DNA of 64,000 bases from Candidatus Latescibacterota bacterium (GTDB lineage: Bacteria; Latescibacterota; CBDEFO01): contig OZ252149.1 in NCBI GenBank assembly GCA_965248755.1, forward strand, positions 832,001 through 896,000. Reading direction: 5' to 3'. Under the pieces are notes generated by a model that did not search any database, was not told the origin of the DNA, and worked only from the letters and a program-made list of their open reading frames with translations. Every line of letters starts with the position of its first letter. Position 1 is the stretch's first letter. Positions 56,265-64,000 of this stretch are shown piece by piece. The translations under genes and the position numbers were made by a program.

Positions 56265-56852
56265 ATGAACACCTCAATACATGACGAGGTTTTAGCAAGA
56301 GTAAAGCTTGGGGGAGATCTTGTGGGTGCGGACCTTTCTGGTGCCGACCTGGAAAATGTAGATCTTTCGGGTGTGGACATGACAAGGGCGAAATTAGACG
56401 GTACAAATCTTAAAGGGGCAAGGTTAATAGGAACGAGATTAGAGCATGCGAGCCTGAAAGAAGCAGACCTTTCAAAGGGCATTCTTAAGGTGGCCTTTTT
56501 AGTGCATTCGGATCTGGACGGGGCGAAGTTCGACGATGCGGACATGGAAGGAGCCTTCCTTTCGGGGAGCAATCTTAAGGGCGCAAGCTTCAGAAGGACA
56601 AATCTTAAGGATGCGAGATTCGGGGTTGTAAAATTCGGAAAGCCCAATGCCGAAGAACTGCCGACGTCGTTTAGGGGCGCAAATCTGGAGAACGCCTTCT
56701 TCTCTCAGGTGGACTTCAACGGCGTGGATCTAAGGGAGGCGAACCTTACAAAGGCTTTTCTGCACGAGGCCAAGCTCTACGGAGCGATATTGGACGGCGC
56801 TATTATGGATGGGGCGATTCTGAAGGGGGGTCACGGCTCTGAGAGGTTTTGA
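56265..56852 (+). CDS. Pentapeptide repeat protein
   Basis: A(D/N)LxG repeats throughout. Confidence 0.9.
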   Translation: MNTSIHDEVLARVKLGGDLVGADLSGADLENVDLSGVDMTRAKLDGTNLKGARLIGTRLEHASLKEADLSKGILKVAFLVHSDLDGAKFDDADMEGAFLSGSNLKGASFRRTNLKDARFGVVKFGKPNAEELPTSFRGANLENAFFSQVDFNGVDLREANLTKAFLHEAKLYGAILDGAIMDGAILKGGHGSERF

Positions 56853-56870
56853 ATGAGTAGAAAGTGGTCA

Positions 56871-57003
56871 GTAGCCCCGGATAGATTCAATCGGGGCGCT
56901 TGCCATGACAGTTTTAAGGTACCCGTAATAACCCAAGTCGGGCTACGTCACTGCACGTCCCTCCAGGTCATTACAAGGGGGATGAAATCCCCCGAAGCAA
57001 TCT
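56871..57003. repeat. Cluster of REP-like elements with a short palindromic element at 56874..56897
   Basis: GTAGCCC[CGGATAGATTCAATCGGGG]...CAAGTCGGGCTAC, followed by GTCATT...GAAGCAATCT. Confidence 0.7.
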
Positions 57004-57124
57004 TCCCGTATGCTGCTACTATTTTGACCTGATACTTAGCCTGATACTTAGCAATGTATAGCTTGGTCAGATATTTCATAAAGACGAGTATAGTCTTTCT
57101 CTTTATAGGCCTGGTGTCGGGCGG

Positions 57125-57339
57125 CTATATGATTGTGGCTCGAGAGATATTAGCCCGGATTTACCCGGCCAGGAGTAGGACAAAAATGCCTGCATCACCT
57201 CTGACGATACCCCCTTAACCCTTCCACCTAACTCCTGATTGTATTTCTCAATAAAGTAATCGACAAGGAAAAAGGGAAGGTCCTCGATATGCTCGCGTAG
57301 CGGCGGCAGGACGATAGGAACGACGTTAAGGCATAAGAA
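57125..57339 (-). pseudogene. Sigma-54 activator (NtrC-family AAA+) fragment
   Basis: Manual translation LNVVPIVLPPLREHIEDLPFLVDYFIEKYNQELGGRVKGVSSEVMQAFLSYSWPG, then degenerates; cut by IS1380. Confidence 0.8.
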
Positions 57340-58965
57340 CCGACATTCCCCATATCACATTCATGAGGGATTATATTTCGATACATTCTTGTTTCTGAAT
57401 TAATATTACCACTTTTACATTTTTCAACAAGTACTTTTTTCAATTAAAATAGTATTTTCCTCTGAATTATCACTTTCTTTGTGTTTAAATCCTCCAATTA
57501 GAGACACCTCTCCATCGACTCACAAAAAAATGTGGCAGTTTAAACAGAATAACATCGCAATCGTTCAATCCGGGATAATATTTCGGCAAATAACCTCTTG
57601 TCTATCCCAACCTCAGCCATTTGAAACGTAATATATCCGCTGTGTCTGACAATCTTCGCTCCGATTTTGATAAATTTCACGAGGAGGCTGCGTAGTGACC
57701 AGTGTTTGATTTTCTTCGGAAGAACAAAACGTCGCAGGAAGTTGCCCAAGTTGTAAGCCAGAACAAACAGCCAGAGCCTCACCTGATTGGAGACGAAACG
57801 CTTGCATGAGAGTCGGGTCCAGTTCAGAGCATACTTGCCCTCCTTAATCCACTGCTCAGCTCTGCCACGGCCATTGTAGAAGTGTACCACGCCTTCTGGC
57901 TTGGCGCTCATGTTGGTCACGATAAATCCCACTCTTGGGAATAACTCCCCTTGGTGCCATTCAACCTTGGCGACCACTCGCCTCGATTGATCCCAACTGG
58001 CCGCTTTATATTGAAATTCATATAACGATACAATCGGTTTCCTCGGCGGTCGTCCAACTGGCCGAGTCAGCAGGTATCGTATCTTTTCATAGAGTATCTC
58101 ATTTGCGGGAAGCCGAATGGCATACAAATAGCCGTTTCCCTCCAGATAATCATAAATCTCAGGCTTTGCGAATGCAGCATCGCCTCGAAAGTATTTCCTA
58201 TTCTTCTTGCTCTCGTATCTCTTGACGATCGGTTCCAGAACTTCCTTCCAACGATCAGCACTGTGAACATTACCAGAGCGAAGTAGGACTCCTTCACAAT
58301 CCCCGAACTGATTGAAGCAGAACACTGGATGAAAACAGGTACATCCGAAATGACCGTTGTAAGCTGATCCTTCCTGCTGGCCATGTACCGGACTCTCCGA
58401 ACTGTCCATGTCCAGAATGATTCGTTGATGCTGTGTTTTACTCATCGCTTTTTGAACCCACTTGCCATTGATATCTGACAAGTTTCTGAGATTGTCATGC
58501 TGAGTCAGTATATCAGTTTCAAAACGTCCTATCGTGTTGGAGCTGGCAGCTTGCCTGCCTTTGTCCTTCTTTCCGGTAATCGCTCGCATGACGGGATCAA
58601 CGGATAATCGCTCGGCGTCATTTACATCTTCATATCCTGCAAGACGGCTGTATATCGATTGACGCAGGAGAGTAGATATATCATGTTGGATATTACGGCC
58701 TGTGCGTTTATCGGTAAAAACCGCTGATACCGAATCAAATAATCCCAGTGCGTAATCAAGGTCACGATACGCAAGAAGTCCACCGTTTGATGTCACCTTT
58801 GCACCATGAAATTCAAGCTTTATTCCTCCATCAAAACCTACTTTCATTCTTTCACCCTCTGGATGATCAATATTTATCCGCCATTTATGAGTCTTATTTA
58901 TTGTAATATAACATGTTCTGGCGACTTTGACAACCATTTTTCGGGTCTAATATGGCGAATGGGGG
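57340..58965 (-). mobile_element. IS1380-family element, copy 3 (no TSD)
   Basis: Same transposase translation as copy 1, 1626 bp; flanks AAGAA / ATTAG. Confidence 0.96.
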
Positions 58966-59112
58966 ATTAGATGTACCTCTGCATTATCAGATAATAACAG
59001 CGCACGTTCATTTACTGCTTGTGGGGTTTATACTGATGATGATCATGGGCGTGGCGCTGTGGATGTTCCCGAGACTCCCAAAGGGCGACGAGGGATATAG
59101 TCCGGACTTGTC
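58966..59112 (+). pseudogene. Membrane protein fragment between two ISs
   Basis: 'ITAHVHLLLVGFILMMIMGVALWMFPR' TM segment with HxH; both ends cut. Confidence 0.6.
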
Positions 59113-61926
59113 TAAAAGCCTTGTGAAAAACCCTTAAATCGAACAAATAGTATAAAAACATTGACGGAGCAATCTCCATGTATTATATTATATCATTGAT
59201 AATATTATACATGGAGGAAATAATAACGCCACAAAAGAAGGAACAGACAAATCTGATATTTCACTATTTTCAGATGGAGGATTTAGTTCCCCAAGACCAT
59301 ATTCTCCGTCAAATTGATAAAGCGGTTGATTTTTCATTTGTACGAGACGTTGTGTCAGATTGTTATTGCTCTGATAATGGCAGACCCGGTATTGATCCTG
59401 AATTGTACTGCCCCCCAGAAAAGCGACATCAATTAAGCAACTTGGGGTAGCAGATAAAATTGTTTTCTCCACTCTTCCGGGGTCTTGTATCCCAGGGATG
59501 AATGAAGCCTGTTCTTGTTGTAATTATCGATCCACTGAGATATGATCTTCTCAGCTTGTTCAAAGGACTTGAAATTGTGAAGCCACACACACTCCTGCTT
59601 GAGGGTCCTGAAAAAACGTTCTATGACCCCGTTCCAATCGGCCTTTCCGCTCGGAATATATTCTTGACGAATGTCCCAATATTCGGTACTTGCCAAATAG
59701 GTCCGAGACAAAAAGATGGAGCCGTTGTCAGAGCGCAAAGTGAGACCCTGGGGGACAGCCTCCTTAGGAAGTGTATCGAGAGATCACGGCCCGATCCAGG
59801 GCATCTGTGGCCTCCAGTGCCCTCCCTTTTCGACTAAAACGATACCCGGGGAACCTCCCGACTCCCGTTGTCCACCACCGCAATAAGAGGACACCAACCA
59901 TCTTCCCCACAATAGATCTTGGTCAAGTCAGCCGACCAGAGACTGTCAGGACGATCCATCACAGAACGCTTCTGGGCAACCTGTGGCCCCTTTCTCCCGG
60001 GGTCCCCGATTGATTCTATCGGGGATTCCACAGCTTACACTGCCACCCCTTAAGCTTCATTATCCTATGAACCTTCTTGATGTTGACATATGCCCCTTCC
60101 TTGAAACGAAGATGCGCCCAAACCCGCCTGTGACCAAATGCCTCTTCTTGGTCGAGTATCCCTCGAATACGAAAAGCAAGCTGTTCATCTATCACAGACT
60201 CTTCGACAGAAGAACTGACACCTCTATACCTAAGCCTACACAGAGTCGAACGATGCAAACCCAAAGCCAAAGCTACCACCTTCCGGGAATAGCCTCGACC
60301 CAAAAACCGCTCACTCAAGGCAACCGCTTCGTTTTTTTTAGACGGGCTACCTCCTCGAGTATCTCCAACTGGAGGGTTAAGTGCCCTACCTTACGCTCCA
60401 ACCGGCTGACCTCCCGCTCCTTCGCATCCTTGCGACCACGCCGAGACTTCAGACTCTCCTGGCCTCCTTCCAAGAAACTATCACGCCAAGCATACGCCTG
60501 TGACTGGCTAATTCCATTCTTCCAACACACCTCTGATACATTCGCTCCTTTCAAAACAGCCAACACCACCTCTACCTTACGGGTCGCCGTCCAGCGCTTA
60601 CCATCTTTCACTTCGGGGCTTGACACCTTGACCTCCTTTCTCAAACCCCAATTTGCAAAATATTTGTCGCCCTGTCAAGGGGAGCGGTATGGAATTAGTT
60701 ATTCGAATGATCCTTATCGGCTATTTGTATAATTTGAGTGAGAATCGGCTTTGTCAGGAAGTGGCGATGCATGCGGCATATAGGTTGTTTTGTCATCAGA
60801 CATTTGAGGATGAGGTTCCAGACAGAAGCACGATCAACAAGCTTCGCAATCACAAGTGGGCATCTAGTGGATTGTTTGAACAGATAATGCGTCAGGTAGT
60901 CCAGCGCTGTATAGATGTCGGTCTTGTGAGCGGTAAACACTTAAGTGTTGATGGCACTCAGATACGAGCGAATGCTTCGGTGAAGAGTATTGAGCCGATA
61001 GAGCTTCCTGTTTCTCTTGATGACTACCTAAAGGAAATGGGTTTTGAAGGTGATAAGGTACAGGCCGAAGATAGGTCTGGGCATTCTCACGATAAGGACT
61101 TTCATGGTGAAAAGTGGACGAACCAGACGCACCGTTCGACTACAGACCCCGATGCTCTCTTATACAAAAAGTCAAAAGGCACGGGGGCTTCTCTTTCGTT
61201 TATGGGTCATGATCTCATCGACACAAAAAGTAGAGTAATCCTTGAGACACAGGGCACACAGGCGACAGCCGAGACTGAAAGTGCCCTTAAGATGGTTGAT
61301 GATCTTGAAGTATACACTATGCCCGAAGGCATTCAGACACTTACTGCCGATACCGGTTACGGTTCTGGTGGTTTTATCGCTGATATACTTGACTGGGGAA
61401 TCACACCCCACATTCCTCTGCGATCAGGTGAAGAGATTGAGCCAATTCCTACTTGGAAAAACAAGACAAATTTCGTACATATTCAGGCCAAGCGAGATAA
61501 GAAAGTGCGAGAGGCAAAGGCCAGGAATTATGCACGATCTATCTCATTGACATCTGACTACAGACTCTCCCAGAAGCTCCGCAAACGCAGTGAACATATC
61601 TTTGCTGAAGCCAAACAACAGCACGGTATGGGCCGAGCCCGTTACAGGGGATTGGCCTCACTGAATGAACAGTTAAATCTTGTTGCAACAGTGCAGAATC
61701 TCAAGAGGCTTGTATCCTTCATAAGAAGGAGAAAAGCGTCTATATGTGCCCTGTCTGTCAAAGACAGTGCATCCTGTTCTTCAAACAGCTTCTATTCCTT
61801 GCTGACCAGAACTCTGATGAGACTATTTTGCTTATTCCATAGCAAAACGATACGATATGCTACTGTTTGACCCATAATAAGCGTTTCAGACGCTGCCTAC
61901 AAGATAACTATTTCACAAGGCTTTTA
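59113..61926 (+). mobile_element. IS1182-family element interrupted by IS3-B
   Basis: 16-bp IR TAAAAGCCTTGTGAAA / TTTCACAAGGCTTTTA; transposase 'LVPQDHILR..GRPGIDPE|LVIRM..VDGTQIRANAS..STTDPDA..ADTGY..EHIFAEAK'. Confidence 0.9.
59404..60691 (-). mobile_element. IS3-family variant B, copy 2, 4-bp TSD GAAT
   Basis: Same lesions and palindrome (60003..60025) as the 30446 copy; removal restores IDPELVIRM. Confidence 0.94.
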
Positions 61927-64000
61927 ATACTCCTCCTACTTCGGTCAAGTGCATATTAACATTCGGCGCCCTCTTGTTTGGATCGCTAAAGTAACTCACT
62001 AAGCCAGAGATATTAAACCCTACAGACGTTGCGAGAAACGGCGACCAAGAAGCACTGGCATCAGTTGCCGTGTTGTTGGTCAGATTGACAGGGTTTGTCC
62101 CATCAGCATTCATCGCGTAGATTTCAGCGAGGCCATCACGGGTTGAATAAAAGGCGATCTTCGTCCCGTCTGGCGACCAGAAAGGCCCTTCGTCACGCGC
62201 CGTGTTGTTGGTCAGTCGTGTCTGCTTGGTCCCGTCTGCGTTCATCACGTAGATCTCGAAGTTGCCATCGCGATCGGACCTGAAAGCCATCTTCGTCCCA
62301 TCAGGGGACCAAGAAGGATCGCAGTCAAACGCTGTGTTGTTAGTCAGATTGACTGGGTTTGTTCCATCGGCGTTCATCACATAGATCTCGAAGTTGCTAT
62401 CACGGAATGAACAAAAGGCGATCTTCATCCCATCCGGTGACCAAGAAGACCGGTTGTCCTCCGCTGGGTTGTTGGTCAGATTGACAGGGTTCGTCCCGTC
62501 TGCGTTCATCACGTAGATTTCTCTGTTGGCATCACGATCTGGATCAAAGGCAATCTTGGTGTTAGTAGAAAGGTCACCATACCCGAATCTATTAAAGAGC
62601 GTGTCCTCCTGACCATCAGGATATGTGACTATTATACTCACAGTGCCGGCAGGATGAGTGGGAGTTGTAGCGGAAATTGTATCAGGGGATACTACGACTA
62701 TACCTGTGGCTGGGCTACTATCGAAACTAACGGTCCCACCACTCTGGAAATTGCTTCCTGTAATCGTCACACCCGTCCCGCCTGCTACTGGACCAGCAAG
62801 GGGACTAATGGAGGTCACAACAGGAGAAGCAGGTGGAGAGGAGAGGAACGGCGACCAAGAAAGGTTCTGGTCACCTGCCGTGTTGTTGGTCACACGTGTC
62901 TGGTTTCCCCGTCTGCGTCCATAATGTAGATTTCCCAGTTGCCATCGCGGGCTGACCGAAACGCGATCTTCGTCCCGTCAGGCGACCAGGAAGAGTACAG
63001 GTCATACGCCGGGTTGTTGGTCAGCCGTGTCTGGTTGGTCCCGTCTGCATCCATCACGTATATCTCCCGATTGCCATCTCGGTCTGACCAAAATGCGATC
63101 TTCGTCCCATCAGGTGACCAAGAAGGATTCGCGTCAAGCGCCGGGTTGTTTGTCAGGTTGATTTGGTTTGTCCCATCTGCATTCATCACGTAGATTTCAT
63201 CGTTGCCATCGCGCTTTGACATAAAGGCGATCTTCGTCCCGTCAGGCGACCAGGAAGAGTACAGGTCATACGCCGGGTTGTTGGTCAGCCGTGTCTGGTT
63301 GGTCCCGTCTGCATCCATCACGTATATCTCCCGATTGCCATCTCGGTCTGACCAAAATGCGATCTTCGTCCCATCAGGTGACCAAGAAGGATTCGCGTCA
63401 AGCGCCGGGTTGTTTGTCAGGTTGATTTGGTTTGTCCCATCTGCATTCATCACGTAGATTTCATCGTTGCCATCGCGCTTTGACATAAAGGCGATCTTGG
63501 TGTTAGTAGAAAGATCACCAAATCCAAATCCATACTTAAGCGTGTCTGTCTGACCGTCGGGATTTGTGACTATCACGTCCACAGTCCCAGCAGGATAAGC
63601 GGGAGTCGTAGCAGTAATGGTATCCGAGGACACAAATATCACACCTGTGGCTGCGGTACCATCGAAAGTAACAGTCGCACCATCTTGGAAGTTGCTCCCT
63701 CTTATCGTCACAGCCGTGCCTCCTGCCACCGGACCAGCAAGGGGACTAATAGATGCCACAACAGGAGAAGAAGGTGGAGAAGATAGGAACGGCGACCAAG
63801 AAGGATTTCGGTCCTCCGCCGGGTTGCTGGTCAGCCGTGTTGGGTTTGTCCCGTCGGCGTTCATCACGTAGATTTCACCGTTACCATCGCGGAATGACTA
63901 AAATGCAATTTTCGTCCCATCAGGTAACCAAGAAGGAACTTCTTCCTGCGCCGTGTTATTGGTCAGATTGACAGGGTTTGTCCCGTCGGCGTTCATCACG
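61927..64000 (-). pseudogene. TolB-like PD40 beta-propeller plus IPT/TIG surface protein (partial, degraded)
   Basis: [10 protein letters not shown]..[14 protein letters not shown] repeats alternating with IPT domains; in-frame TAG at 63898-63900, frameshift at ~62905, 3' end cut by IS1182; runs off the window. Confidence 0.87.

Noticed and set aside
63898..63900. TAG recoding or readthrough (also TAG at 19681 and 6331)
   Set aside because: Intact genes such as purF and the M16 partner end in TAG, and the affected genes carry other lesions

Overview
Diderm bacterial chromosome segment; C-terminal SWGxIK, FlgD-Ig and dockerin-like tails suggest a Latescibacterota-like/FCB-associated lineage (inference). 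Housekeeping blocks: flagellar fliI-fliJ-flbB-like genes, purF-ferredoxin-geranylgeranyl reductase, an M16 peptidase pair, an RND efflux operon, PEP carboxykinase, an amidase, ptsH-nucleotidyltransferase-metK-ahcY, threonine synthase and mlaEF. These are overlaid by a very recent IS burst: 3 near-identical IS1380 copies, 5 full IS3-family copies in two variants plus fragments, and 1 IS1182. The ISs have truncated fliI, broken a ~19-domain IPT/TIG surface-protein gene into four pieces with a ~5.7-kb internal inversion, and inactivated a GajB-like UvrD helicase. The most unusual signal is a ~21-23 bp palindrome (CCCCGATAGATTCAATCGGGG), found 8 times. It sits in-frame in an RND transporter, inside an IS3 transposase, inside REP-like repeats and nested within itself, behaving like a minimal selfish insertion element. 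No CRISPR, rRNA, tRNA or reverse transcriptase was seen.
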